The notes: a model not told the origin generated them from the sequence alone. 64,000 nt of DNA from an uncultured Clostridia bacterium (GCA_947625115.1 CANQND010000002.1:3692-67691), one strand, 5' to 3'. Positions 35,641 to 45,554 are shown, numbered from the stretch's first letter. Translations and numbers: made by a program.

Positions 35641-38600
35641 ATTGTTCCTCCCTGATAGCCGTAGGCGACTGTTCGACGGGCGTTTGAAGTTCCACAACGG
35701 CGTTTTTCACGGTTATCTTGTAGTTTTCGGTTACGTCCGTTTCGCCGCTTTTTACGCTAACTTCCGCAGTCACTTGCAAATATCCGTCGTTCTGCTCTTC
35801 ATCGCTGACGTATTTATAAGTAATTTCGATTTCTTGTCCTGCCACAAGTCCCTGCTGTTCGTAGCCGAGCTTGTCGGCAAGATCTTCTATCGCGGGGCGC
35901 GTTTTGTATTCGCCGTTGTCCGTCAACGTGACGGTTACGGTAAGCTCAACTTCACTTATCGTAAAGTCGCAGGTAAGCGTACCCTGCAAGACGTAGTTTT
36001 TGTTGACGGGGTTCAGTGAAACTTCTTCCAAAACAGCCGTTGCAACGTAACTTCCCGCATTTACGGGTTCAACGTCTACATCGCCGTCTTTCAATTTGTA
36101 AGTTACCTTTAATGTGGGTTCTTCGCCGTCTATTTGTCCGCTAAACGACGGTTGAGGAGCTTGTCTTTCGCCGTTGTAGGTAAAGGAGGTTTGCTCGCTC
36201 CAACTTACCGTCAAAGTGGCTTTGGCAATTTCAAACTCGTGTTCCGCGTCGTTCAAAGCGTAGTTGGAAGAATACTGTTCGGAAAGTTGCGCCGTTACGC
36301 AATAATCCGAGCCTGCGTCAGTTTCCGCGCCATCGTAAGTGACCGCCGAAAGGGGTATTCCCTGAGCTACGTCGCCTGTGAAACTTTGCACTACGGGGTG
36401 TTGTTCCTGCCCGTTGTAAGTCAACTCGTCTTGGCTCCACACCGCGGTTACCGTCCTCTTGGTAATGGAAAATTCCTTTGTTAAATCGCCGCTGAGTTCG
36501 TAGTTTTTGTTTACGTCGGCGTCGGTCAAGGCAACTGTAACGGAATAACTTCCGACGTTGATGGCGTTGCCGTTCGTCAAATTGTCGCCGCTAACCGTGC
36601 AAACGGTAACGGGGATTTCCTCCTTGGCGGCTTTGCTCAACGTAACAGCGGGGACGATAGACTCGGCTTTGTAGGTGTAGTCAACGTCTGTCCAAGTAAC
36701 GGTCAATTCCATTTTGTCGATCGTGAGGCTGTGCGTGATATTTTCCAACTTGTAGTTTTTGTTTACGTCGGCGTCGGTGAGGCTTGCCGTGACGGTGTAT
36801 TCGCCCGCGTTCACGGCATATTCGCTACCGCCCTCTATACTGCAAGACAGCAGAGGTTGCTCCGACTTGACGCCCGTTACGGAAGCCGTTACGGTGTGTA
36901 TGTCGCCGTCGTAGGTAAACGTATCATCTCCCCATTCAACCGTAACGGTTGCGGGATTGATGACAAACACGCTGTCGGGATCGTCTATGACGTAGTTGAT
37001 ATTGTAGTTGCCCGACGTCGGCAAGCTAACCTTTATCGGGTACGAACCGACGTTTTTAGAATCCATCGCCGTGTAAGTGAGTTGCTCAACGGGTACACGG
37101 TCGCTCTCCACGTCGCCGTTTACCTCGGTAACCTTTATGTAGTGAGTATCTCCGTCGTAAGTGAACTCTTTGGATTGTTCCCAAACCACGCTGACGGTTT
37201 GCGCGGAAATGGTAAATTGACAGGTGGAACCCGCAACTATTTCGTAGTTGTTGTTTACGTCGTCGCCCGTCAAAACCGCCGTCGCCGTGTAGACGTCGGC
37301 ATTTACGGGGCTGGGGCTACTGTCGCCGCGATTACCGCTGTACGTTACGGAAAGAACGGGTTCTTCCGCCTTTACGCCGCTAACGCTTGCTTCGGGGTGT
37401 TGTTCTTGATGATTGTAAGTAAACGTCTGTTGCGCGCTCCAACTTACCGTCAACTGGTACTTGGCTATATCGTAGGTGTGAGTTTCGTCGCCCGCCTTGA
37501 TGGTGTAGTTGGTGGCAAAGTGATTGTCGCCGTCGTTGGACAGGGACGTACTTACGCTGTACCCGTTGCCTGCGTTCGTTGCCTCGTACACGCGATTGGC
37601 GTTTAACTGCGAGAGCAACGCCGCGCGTTCGGAAGCGACCGCATTGTTAACGGAGTCGATTGCGGGAGCTTGTTTTTCGCCGTTGTACGTCAAAGTTCCG
37701 CTGTTCCAAACAAGCGTTACCTCGCGCTGTGTGATAGTGAACGAATGGGAAGTTGAAGTTTCTTCCAACTTATAGTTCTGCTTATCGATGGCTTTTGTGA
37801 GAGCCGCAGTTGCCTGATAAGTGTTGACGTCCTTGTTTGGATCGGGCGTAACGGTAATTTCCAACCTGCCGTCTGCCGCAACGCCTTCACAATGCACTAC
37901 GGGTACGTGAGATTGACCGTCGTAGGTAAAGGTAAAGGTGTCCCACTCCACCATTGCCGTGGCTTGGGTTATTGCAAACGAATAGTCGGCGTCGTCGATA
38001 GTAAAGTTGGTGGCAAAACGCTCTTCGCCGTCCGTCAAATGCGCCGTTACCGTGTAGCCGCTTTGGACGTTGCGTTGCGCGCCCGTGTAGGTAAAGTGGT
38101 TTGCTTTGCCGGGCAGTACAACTCCGCTTTCGCCGTCCGATTCGGCATCGTCTACTTTGCTGACTTCGGGGTGTTGATACTCGCCGTTGTAAACAAAACT
38201 GTTGTTATTCCAAGTAACGGAGATATGTCTTTTTCCTATCTCGAAATCTTCGCTTGCTCCGTTGGACAAAGCGTAGTTGTTGTTGTAGAGTGAGGTATCG
38301 TTGAGAGCCGCAGTTGCCGTATATTTACCTGCGTAAACGCCGAAGTGACCGTCCAAGCCGCTTTGTTGCGTACTCAGCGTAACGGTCAAGCCGTTCTCAA
38401 CGATGTCGTCGAGATCCTCATCGAAACTGCCCTCCGCTTTACTTACCGACGGCTGTTGCAACTTGCCGTTGTAGACGTAGCTTTTTTTCGAGTCCCAACT
38501 GAGCGTAAGCTCGATTTGTTTTATCGTAAAGTTGCGCGTCGTTTCGGTAAGGGTGTAGTTGTTGAGGTCTTGCGCCTCGGTCAGACTTATCTCGACTGTG

Positions 38601-40873
38601 TAAGTGCCTGCGTTTGTCGGTTGTTGCTCGGACGCGTCAAATCTGCTGCCGTTGTGCAAAGAACCGCTACGGCTGTGCGAAATTTGCAAAGAATGATTTT
38701 CCTCGCCCAGACCCGTCACTGTCGCCTCGGGAGAGTGTTGTTGCTTGTCGTAGGAGTACGCCACCGAGCCGCCGCTCTCGCCGCCCTTGTCGTCCCAGAC
38801 GGGTGTAAGTTGAGCCTTTGCGATATAAACGGTTTTTGCCGCGCCTTGCACTATTTCGTACTGATTTGCCTGTTCGCCCGTCAACGACAGGGTTATATTG
38901 TAGTTGCCCGCGTTGCGCAACACCGCTTGCGTTGTTCTCTTTGTTGCTTGGTTAAACGAACCTGCGGAGTTTTCGATAGCCCAATCCAATTCGTCGTCGT
39001 TGATGACGTTGCCCTCGTCAAAACTCAACGTGTAGGTCTGTTCCTGCCCGTTGTAGGTGATGACGTTCTGCAATTTGTTGACGGTGCCGTCCTCCGCCCA
39101 ATTTACGGTTACTTTGCGCTTGGTAACGGTAACGCGAACTTCGTCGCTACTGAATGAAGTAAGGTCGGAATCCGCCGAATGTGACGTTACCGTGCAGGTG
39201 TAAGTTCCGCCCTGCTTGAAAAACACGTGTTCGAAGAGGAACTCGTCCTGCGTTTTGTCGCTCCACGCTTCGCCGCCCGTGTCCGTACCGTCCCAAGTCC
39301 ACTTGTAGGTGAGGGTGAAATCTTCGTCTGCCGCAACCGCGTCGGAGGAAAAGGCTATCTTTTCGCCGTACATAACAGTGTTGTTTGCGCAATCGGTCGT
39401 GACGGAACGTATGGTGGGCTTGCGCATAGTCCATTGCGGAGTCAGATACACGTCGGAATGTACTTGTTGCGAAAGTTCTTGCGAAAACGCCTGCGTCAAC
39501 GAGTGAGAGGCGGCGTCTTTGCCGTCGGCAACGCTCCAAGAAATATCAAACCCGTTGCGGGTAAGACCGCCAAGCCACTCGTCCGCAGTTGCCGCCACCA
39601 AATAGCGAAATTCACATTCGCCCGCTGTTTGCGGTGCGGAATTAGCAAAAGACTTGGGTATAGCGTAACTGCCGCTGTCGTTGTCCTCGTTGACGTACAC
39701 GCGGTAGATCTTGGCAAAGGACAGTTCCACCTGCTCCATACTTTCGGTAACGGGTTGTCCCTCGATGGATTTGCCGTTCACTTTCAATCCGTTGAAGATG
39801 TAGCCCTCGCTGTTGACATAGTTCCAATCCAAATCGTCGTCGCTTGTAATGTCGCTCTTTTCAAAGAAATCGTACTTTTGAGCATATTCGTCAACGTTGA
39901 ACACGTCCCCCTTGGAGCCGAACCACGTTTCCAACACCTGCCCGTCAAAGCGACGATAGCTGTCCAAAGAATAAGAAAATGTTATGTACACGTCGCTGTC
40001 CGACAGCCCCGACGGAAGCACCTTGTTAGCCAACGCAAAGGAACCCGTTGTGTTGTAGCCGTAAAGCAGGTTGCGCACGTCGTCTATGTTGTCTTTTTCG
40101 GCGATTATCTTAATGTTGGGGTCTGCTTTTGCAAAGAGGTCGGTATCGGTAAAATCAAATTTCACTTCTCCCGAAAACGCCACCGTATCGACGCCTTTTT
40201 CCGAGAAAATGCCGCCGTACACCGACAAAACGGGTTTGTCGTTAAAGGTGTCGGTAAGCACGGCTTTGTTGCCCTTACCCTCCATAACGGATACAACGTT
40301 GTAACCGTCGAGGTTCGGGTCGTATTCGTAAACCAGCGGACGAACGACGTCCTCTCTGCCCTGACCGAAATAGCCCCTGTCCAAAAAGCCCAAACTGCCG
40401 AGAGTTACCGCCGCCGCGAACAACGCCGTTACCGTAGCCAAGACGATCACCCACGCCTTTTTGGTTTGAGTGCCGTCGCGCACGGCTGTCGCGTAACCGG
40501 CGATGACAAGCAAAAGGGACAGCGTATGCACAACGCACCAGCTGATTTGCGCCCAAAAAGTCATTGCGCTGGACATAAAATTGTTCGCCGCCATAAGGCA
40601 CATTAACCCGAGCGTCACAAACAAATAGGGCAAAATTATCGCCAGACCGTAACGCAAACGGAAGTTACTTGCCAAAGAGAGAACCAAAACCACACAGTCG
40701 ATAGCGGCGGCTATTAACGGAATTAACCAAAAACGGAGTTCCGCTTGCGCGCACAAAAGCCAAACGAACACAGCCATATCCATAACCATATTCACAAACA
40801 GGCTTACGCACAAAAGCCACTTCAAACTGCTGTATCTGTTGGCAGCTTTGTCATTGCGAGATGTGTTCTTCAT
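35630..40873 (-). CDS. g4: 1747-aa polytopic-membrane-anchored surface protein with Listeria-Bacteroides-type repeats, an Ig-like domain and at least 12 MBG/'YNG'-type Ig-like repeats
   Basis: About 5 hydrophobic helices in residues 15-165 and no cleavable signal peptide. 'EGYIFNGLKVNG' and 'NGFDISWSV' are Flg_new-like. 'GGTYTCTVTS' is Ig-like. A recurring module follows: '(F/L)TYNG..Q.P...' then 'AG.YTVTA.LT....NY.L'. Examples are ITYNGQEQTY, YVYNGKLQQP, FVYNGEYQHP, FTYDGQSHVP, LTYNGEKQAP, FTYNHQEQHP, FTYDGDTHYI, FTYDGDIHTV, LTYNGQEQHP and FTYNGERQAP. RBS GAAGGAG. TAATG overlap with the g3 stop. No LPXTG or C-terminal anchor. Confidence 0.8.
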   Translation of the reverse strand: MKNTSRNDKAANRYSSLKWLLCVSLFVNMVMDMAVFVWLLCAQAELRFWLIPLIAAAIDCVVLVLSLASNFRLRYGLAIILPYLFVTLGLMCLMAANNFMSSAMTFWAQISWCVVHTLSLLLVIAGYATAVRDGTQTKKAWVIVLATVTALFAAAVTLGSLGFLDRGYFGQGREDVVRPLVYEYDPNLDGYNVVSVMEGKGNKAVLTDTFNDKPVLSVYGGIFSEKGVDTVAFSGEVKFDFTDTDLFAKADPNIKIIAEKDNIDDVRNLLYGYNTTGSFALANKVLPSGLSDSDVYITFSYSLDSYRRFDGQVLETWFGSKGDVFNVDEYAQKYDFFEKSDITSDDDLDWNYVNSEGYIFNGLKVNGKSIEGQPVTESMEQVELSFAKIYRVYVNEDNDSGSYAIPKSFANSAPQTAGECEFRYLVAATADEWLGGLTRNGFDISWSVADGKDAASHSLTQAFSQELSQQVHSDVYLTPQWTMRKPTIRSVTTDCANNTVMYGEKIAFSSDAVAADEDFTLTYKWTWDGTDTGGEAWSDKTQDEFLFEHVFFKQGGTYTCTVTSHSADSDLTSFSSDEVRVTVTKRKVTVNWAEDGTVNKLQNVITYNGQEQTYTLSFDEGNVINDDELDWAIENSAGSFNQATKRTTQAVLRNAGNYNITLSLTGEQANQYEIVQGAAKTVYIAKAQLTPVWDDKGGESGGSVAYSYDKQQHSPEATVTGLGEENHSLQISHSRSGSLHNGSRFDASEQQPTNAGTYTVEISLTEAQDLNNYTLTETTRNFTIKQIELTLSWDSKKSYVYNGKLQQPSVSKAEGSFDEDLDDIVENGLTVTLSTQQSGLDGHFGVYAGKYTATAALNDTSLYNNNYALSNGASEDFEIGKRHISVTWNNNSFVYNGEYQHPEVSKVDDAESDGESGVVLPGKANHFTYTGAQRNVQSGYTVTAHLTDGEERFATNFTIDDADYSFAITQATAMVEWDTFTFTYDGQSHVPVVHCEGVAADGRLEITVTPDPNKDVNTYQATAALTKAIDKQNYKLEETSTSHSFTITQREVTLVWNSGTLTYNGEKQAPAIDSVNNAVASERAALLSQLNANRVYEATNAGNGYSVSTSLSNDGDNHFATNYTIKAGDETHTYDIAKYQLTVSWSAQQTFTYNHQEQHPEASVSGVKAEEPVLSVTYSGNRGDSSPSPVNADVYTATAVLTGDDVNNNYEIVAGSTCQFTISAQTVSVVWEQSKEFTYDGDTHYIKVTEVNGDVESDRVPVEQLTYTAMDSKNVGSYPIKVSLPTSGNYNINYVIDDPDSVFVINPATVTVEWGDDTFTYDGDIHTVTASVTGVKSEQPLLSCSIEGGSEYAVNAGEYTVTASLTDADVNKNYKLENITHSLTIDKMELTVTWTDVDYTYKAESIVPAVTLSKAAKEEIPVTVCTVSGDNLTNGNAINVGSYSVTVALTDADVNKNYELSGDLTKEFSITKRTVTAVWSQDELTYNGQEQHPVVQSFTGDVAQGIPLSAVTYDGAETDAGSDYCVTAQLSEQYSSNYALNDAEHEFEIAKATLTVSWSEQTSFTYNGERQAPQPSFSGQIDGEEPTLKVTYKLKDGDVDVEPVNAGSYVATAVLEEVSLNPVNKNYVLQGTLTCDFTISEVELTVTVTLTDNGEYKTRPAIEDLADKLGYEQQGLVAGQEIEITYKYVSDEEQNDGYLQVTAEVSVKSGETDVTENYKITVKNAVVELQTPVEQSPTAIREEQYAL
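35750..39121 (-). repeat. intragenic array of divergent 75-95 aa Ig-like (MBG-type) modules within g4
   Basis: The protein-level periodicity is listed under g4. The copies are diverged at nucleotide level; no long identical DNA repeats were noticed by eye. Confidence 0.7.
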
Positions 40874-42498
40874 TACTTGCTCCTTCTGTATTTGACAGGT
40901 CCCCTGATCAATCCGTTACCGAGAGCCTTTACTCTGTCAAAGACGTAAACGTCCTTGCCCAAATGGAATATGAGCAAACCGTTGTACTCCTTGCAGGACT
41001 TGCTTTTTACAAACGCATGAGTCAAGCGCACGGCGGGACTTAGCAATTTGCGATAGTACTTGTAGTTTTTCGCGCCGAGCGGCGTTGCGTCGGGCTGTGA
41101 ACAGTTGGGACACAGATTGCTCAACTGCCCCGAATTGTTCTTGGTGTACCGCTTGTGACAGCACGGACACTCGAACGTCGCCTCGCTCGTCAAGCGCATT
41201 TTGTCAAAGGCAAATTCGAGATCGGCAGTAAGTCCGCCCTTTTGTTCGGGGTGGAAAATGTCCGTGTAGTACACTTCGGGACGACGGCACCCGCGGCATA
41301 TGCGTCTGCCGTCCGCCTCTTCCACTTGCGTAGCGCACGCCGTCCGCACGCAACCGTCGAGCGTGTTAGCCGAACAATCCACCAAAAACAGGTGCTTGCA
41401 AAATTCCGACTGCTCCGCAATTTGTTTTATGTCCGAAGCGGTAAGCCCGAAATTCTTTTTGTCGGGTTGCAAAATCCACCCCTCGTCGGAAACCGCCGAA
41501 GCAATGCGATTGGAGCGCACCAAGTGGTCCTTGCTGTGACAATTCAGACAGGACACGTCCACGGAGTTGTTGAGTCCTATCGTAACGCACAAAACGGCTT
41601 TGCCTCCCAACATAACGTTGTAGCGAGAAGCCTGCCATTTTATGGAAGAAAATCCCAACACCTTTATCTCGCTGCAATCCAGCACCAACGGACCGTTGGG
41701 AGAAAACTCGCGACGTTTGTCCTCCAAAATGTCCAAGTCTTCCTTGCTGAAAATAACATAGTCGGTAAAGGCGTTGTCGCCGTTTTCGTTTTCCTCTTCC
41801 ACGCACGCCGTCATCGCGGCAAAAACGCCGTCCCACAGCTTGGTGTGATCCACGCTGTTGTCCACGACGGATTCGTCCTTTGCGTCGTCGGGTGTACGGC
41901 TGATTATCTCCTTTATCTGCGCGCCCTCTTCTTTGGGAATGGGGTGGAAATATCCCCCCTCCTTGCGGAAGAACACCGTCCCCAAAAAGGGTTGCGACTC
42001 GCCCACGCCGTAGTTTGCCGTCAAGCGCAACGCCAAACCGCAGATTTCCACTTCGTTGTCCCTTGCGGCTTCAAACTGAAACGGTTTGCTGCTGTACAGC
42101 GGACGAAGTACTTCGGTGCAAAACCGTTGCGCCAACGCGTCGTCGTTTTGGCGTTGAGCCTCGTCCAACTTGCGCTGATAAGTCAAGAATGAATAGTTGT
42201 GGTGATAGTCCTGCGCAACCAAATCGATAAGGTTTTTCCACGCGCCCGCGTCGCCGCTTCCGTATTCGCCGCGCAAATGCGCAAACCAACTTGCGCCGTG
42301 GCTGTCAAATGCAAACCTGCCGCCGCTTTCGCTCGGGACGTCCCTGTCGTCGCTCAACACAAACACGTCCTCCGCCGTGCGAATAACGTTGCCATCTACC
42401 GACCTAATGGGAACATTTTTGATAAAACCGTTTTCAAACAGCCACACGATGCTCTCGAAAATGGCTTTGTACTTGTAGTTTACCGTCCTTGTAGCCAT
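40873..42498 (-). CDS. g3: 541-aa cytoplasmic protein with Cys-rich (multi zinc-ribbon-like) C-terminal half, unknown family
   Basis: Cys clusters 'CLNCHSKDH', 'CSANTLDGCVRTAC...ICRGC' and 'FECPCCHKRY...LCPNCSQ'. TAATG overlaps at both ends (42498 and 40873). RBS GGAGAGGTGAAG. Confidence 0.6.
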   Translation of the reverse strand: MATRTVNYKYKAIFESIVWLFENGFIKNVPIRSVDGNVIRTAEDVFVLSDDRDVPSESGGRFAFDSHGASWFAHLRGEYGSGDAGAWKNLIDLVAQDYHHNYSFLTYQRKLDEAQRQNDDALAQRFCTEVLRPLYSSKPFQFEAARDNEVEICGLALRLTANYGVGESQPFLGTVFFRKEGGYFHPIPKEEGAQIKEIISRTPDDAKDESVVDNSVDHTKLWDGVFAAMTACVEEENENGDNAFTDYVIFSKEDLDILEDKRREFSPNGPLVLDCSEIKVLGFSSIKWQASRYNVMLGGKAVLCVTIGLNNSVDVSCLNCHSKDHLVRSNRIASAVSDEGWILQPDKKNFGLTASDIKQIAEQSEFCKHLFLVDCSANTLDGCVRTACATQVEEADGRRICRGCRRPEVYYTDIFHPEQKGGLTADLEFAFDKMRLTSEATFECPCCHKRYTKNNSGQLSNLCPNCSQPDATPLGAKNYKYYRKLLSPAVRLTHAFVKSKSCKEYNGLLIFHLGKDVYVFDRVKALGNGLIRGPVKYRRSK

Positions 42499-45400
42499 TA
42501 CTTCACCTCTCCGAGTTCGTCCCTATCCAACACGGACTTTATGTCCTCCACCTTTTGCGCTTCCGCGCCGAGGTTTTTGCAAAAACTTTCGTCGTCGTTG
42601 TTTTCCAATTGGAAATTCCACAAACCGCGAATGTAGGCGACAAAGGTCTTGGGTAGCAAGGGGCGCAATTTGCCTTGACGGCTCTCTCCGCAAACGGGGC
42701 AAGCCGCCTCCCATTTGTCGTCAAATTCGATGACGGTGGGTCGCGGACTGCACTCGGCGTAACGGCACGTGCGGCAACTGCCCACGTCGTCGTATATGAT
42801 ACGGCACACTTCGTGTTCGCCCTTGCAACCGTTGCTTTTGCGGAAACACTGATCGCAAGCCGCGTAAAGTTCCGCCTCGGTTTTGCCGCGATATCTGTCG
42901 CTAAGCAAAATACAACCCTTTTCTTTCAGATAGCCGCAATGCGACATTGCGCAAATCTTCAAACAGGGCAGATTTCTGTCGTTGAGTTTTCCGCTGTTGC
43001 TCATTCTGCCGTGTTCGTGTTCCTTGTTGCTTGCCGAACAACGGTAGCCCTCTTCCGTAACGGAGCGTTTGAGCATATAACCGCAGTGGTCGCACTTGAA
43101 CTCGCGCGTGTTGATTTCGTTCATCACGCAACTCTCTTCGTTTTTGTACTTGCCGCTGTGCGAACAGATCAAGTCGTTGTCGCGCAAGACTTCGTAGTAC
43201 TCCTTGCGGGAAATTTGCTTGGTTTTGCCGCAGGTTTTGCACTCCACCGTAACGACGTCGCCGTTTTGGCGTTTGCTTTCGTTCGTTTCGTGCATAAGCG
43301 CGGGGTTTTCCTTGAAATGTACGCTACCGCCGTGATCGCAAATAAGCGTGTTTTTGCGTTTGAACTCCTCGTAGTCCTGTTGCGACATTAACTTTACGTT
43401 ACCGCATTTGTTGCAACGCACCGTTACCATTTGGTCGTTGTTGCTACCCGCAAGTATCGTTGCGTCGCCGCTGTTGGACGTCATCAAGCCTATCGCCGCA
43501 AAATACGCCAACGCAAAACCCTCCAACTTGTTCATATCCGCAAACGAGAAAATTTCAACGTTTTTGTCCTGTCCCAAACGGAACACGCGTCCGATACGTT
43601 GGTCCATAGCAAGCGGGTCGGGCGTAACCTGATAGTTTACGATCAAGTTGCACTTTTGCAAGTTTGCGCCCTCAGTCAAGGCAGCGTCTTTTACCACCAA
43701 GATGGCGTCGGAACGGTCGTTAAAGGCGTTTATCACGTTTTCCTGACTGTCCGCGTCGCTCAAAACAAGACGTTTGGAATATTTTTTGTCCTTTTTCAAC
43801 GCGGCGACCACCTCGTCGATAACGCTGTCCTTTTCGTCGAGTTCGTAATCGAAAAAGATAATCACGCGTTCCTTGGCGTGCTTGTCGAGTATCTGTTGCA
43901 AATAGCGATATTTGTAACCGAGCTTGTCGTCTGTTTCTTCGACGGGTATTATCGCCGTTTGATCCCACGCGTCCAAGCCGACGGCTTTGAACCGCTCGTG
44001 ATAGTACTCCACGTAACCGTTCTTTGTGTAGTGACGGTACGCGGAAGCTCTGTAAATTTTGTCAAACTTGCCCAAAGCCTCGTAGAGCATTTCGTTGTAG
44101 GCGTTTTTGTCGCTTTCCCATTCGCCCTTGACGGAGGATATGTACTTGGCAACGGACATCGTTTCGCCGTTGTATTTGACGGCGGGCAGAAATCCGCTGT
44201 CGATATTTGCGCGCGAATAGTCCGCCTCCGCGCCGTTATTTAATTGCAACAGGCAAATCTTGGAGTACACTTCTGTCGGCACGGGGAAGAGCAGGACGTT
44301 TTTGACGAGTTTGTTTGCGTCGATAAAGTTGCCGCCCTCGCTGTGCGCCGACTGCCTTATCATTATCGACCGCAACAACGCGTGGTACTCGCGCGCAACA
44401 ACGTCGATGATTTTGTTTTTTATTTCCTTGTTCTGTTTGAGAAAATTTTCCACGTGATTGGAACGGGCGTACTCCGTCAGATTGTCGTACTCTTCCTGAC
44501 TTTGTATTCCCTGCCCGCGCAACCATTCAAAAAACGCCTCTCTGTACGGGTGCAACATTATCGTGTCCAACTTCACTTTGCGAATGAAGTCGGTAACATT
44601 TGTGGCTCCGCGGCACATTGTTTTGAGATAGTATTGTTTTTCTTGAAGATACTTTGCCGAACGTTGCTTGTCCTCCTGCTCGGCAAAATCGTCGGGATTG
44701 CCGCCCTGACAGCGTACAAAGTACCACAAACGGAACATATTTTCAAGGTTGCCCGAGTGCGGCGTGGCGGAAAGCAACAGACAGTACGTTTGCGAACCCG
44801 TCGCTTTCTTGATAGACATCAATTGAGAGAGGAGCTTCATCGCCTTGGCGTACTCGCCCTCTTCTTTGCACAGGTGGTGAGCCTCGTCCACGACGATAAC
44901 GTCAAAGACAATGTTGTCGGGAATTTTCCACTGCGCAAAAACTTTCACGTCCACAATAACCGATTTGGCGGGGTGAATGATTTTGTCCGCGCTGTTACGC
45001 GTATAAATTTTGTTCAACACCGAGTAGAAATCGGTATTTGCGGGGTCGCCGTCGCGAACTTGTACGAGCTGACCTTTGCCCAGACCGAATTTTGTTTCGA
45101 TAACGTCTACCCAATCGTTGAACACCTGACTCGGCGTTACTATCAACATATTGCTTATGCGGTCGCGTTCGGCAAGTTCGCTTAGCACCACTCCCGCTTC
45201 GTAGGTTTTTCCGCTACCCACTACGTCGGCAAGCAAGCCGAAACCGCGCAGATCGCGCAACATCTGTTCGGCGGCGCGTTGTTGCTTGGAGCGAATAACC
45301 GCGCCTCCGCCGTGCTTTTTAGGGTCACGCTGAATACCGTAAACGCCGCTCGGACCTTTTTCGTAGTACCGCGCGTCTATGTTGAGTTGGCTGAAATCGT

Positions 45401-45554
45401 CAAACCTGTCCAAAGCCAAAATTTTTTCTTCCGCGCGGCTTATCCTGCTGGTGTAGGTCGTGCGGCGGTCGGTGAGATTTTGCTTTTGGTCCTCGGGATT
45501 CCAAGCCTTTTGCGAATTACCGCCTTTGGTAAACCTGATTTCTATATTTGCCAT
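42498..45554 (-). CDS. g2: SNF2-family (SF2) helicase/translocase with about 250-aa Cys-rich C-terminal extension (1018 aa)
   Basis: Motif I 'LADVVGSGKTYEAG'. Motif II 'VIVVDEAHHL' (nt 44877-44888). Motif III 'LLLSATPHSGN'. Motifs V/VI 'LTEGANLQ...DQRIGRVFRLGQ'. The C-terminal residues about 710-960 (nt 42675-43427) hold about 24 Cys. They include a duplicated module: 'VTVRCNKCGNVKLMSQQDYEEFKRKNTLICDHGG' and 'VTVECKTCGKTKQISRKEYYEVLRDNDLICSHSG'. Confidence 0.88.
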   Translation of the reverse strand: MANIEIRFTKGGNSQKAWNPEDQKQNLTDRRTTYTSRISRAEEKILALDRFDDFSQLNIDARYYEKGPSGVYGIQRDPKKHGGGAVIRSKQQRAAEQMLRDLRGFGLLADVVGSGKTYEAGVVLSELAERDRISNMLIVTPSQVFNDWVDVIETKFGLGKGQLVQVRDGDPANTDFYSVLNKIYTRNSADKIIHPAKSVIVDVKVFAQWKIPDNIVFDVIVVDEAHHLCKEEGEYAKAMKLLSQLMSIKKATGSQTYCLLLSATPHSGNLENMFRLWYFVRCQGGNPDDFAEQEDKQRSAKYLQEKQYYLKTMCRGATNVTDFIRKVKLDTIMLHPYREAFFEWLRGQGIQSQEEYDNLTEYARSNHVENFLKQNKEIKNKIIDVVAREYHALLRSIMIRQSAHSEGGNFIDANKLVKNVLLFPVPTEVYSKICLLQLNNGAEADYSRANIDSGFLPAVKYNGETMSVAKYISSVKGEWESDKNAYNEMLYEALGKFDKIYRASAYRHYTKNGYVEYYHERFKAVGLDAWDQTAIIPVEETDDKLGYKYRYLQQILDKHAKERVIIFFDYELDEKDSVIDEVVAALKKDKKYSKRLVLSDADSQENVINAFNDRSDAILVVKDAALTEGANLQKCNLIVNYQVTPDPLAMDQRIGRVFRLGQDKNVEIFSFADMNKLEGFALAYFAAIGLMTSNSGDATILAGSNNDQMVTVRCNKCGNVKLMSQQDYEEFKRKNTLICDHGGSVHFKENPALMHETNESKRQNGDVVTVECKTCGKTKQISRKEYYEVLRDNDLICSHSGKYKNEESCVMNEINTREFKCDHCGYMLKRSVTEEGYRCSASNKEHEHGRMSNSGKLNDRNLPCLKICAMSHCGYLKEKGCILLSDRYRGKTEAELYAACDQCFRKSNGCKGEHEVCRIIYDDVGSCRTCRYAECSPRPTVIEFDDKWEAACPVCGESRQGKLRPLLPKTFVAYIRGLWNFQLENNDDESFCKNLGAEAQKVEDIKSVLDRDELGEVK

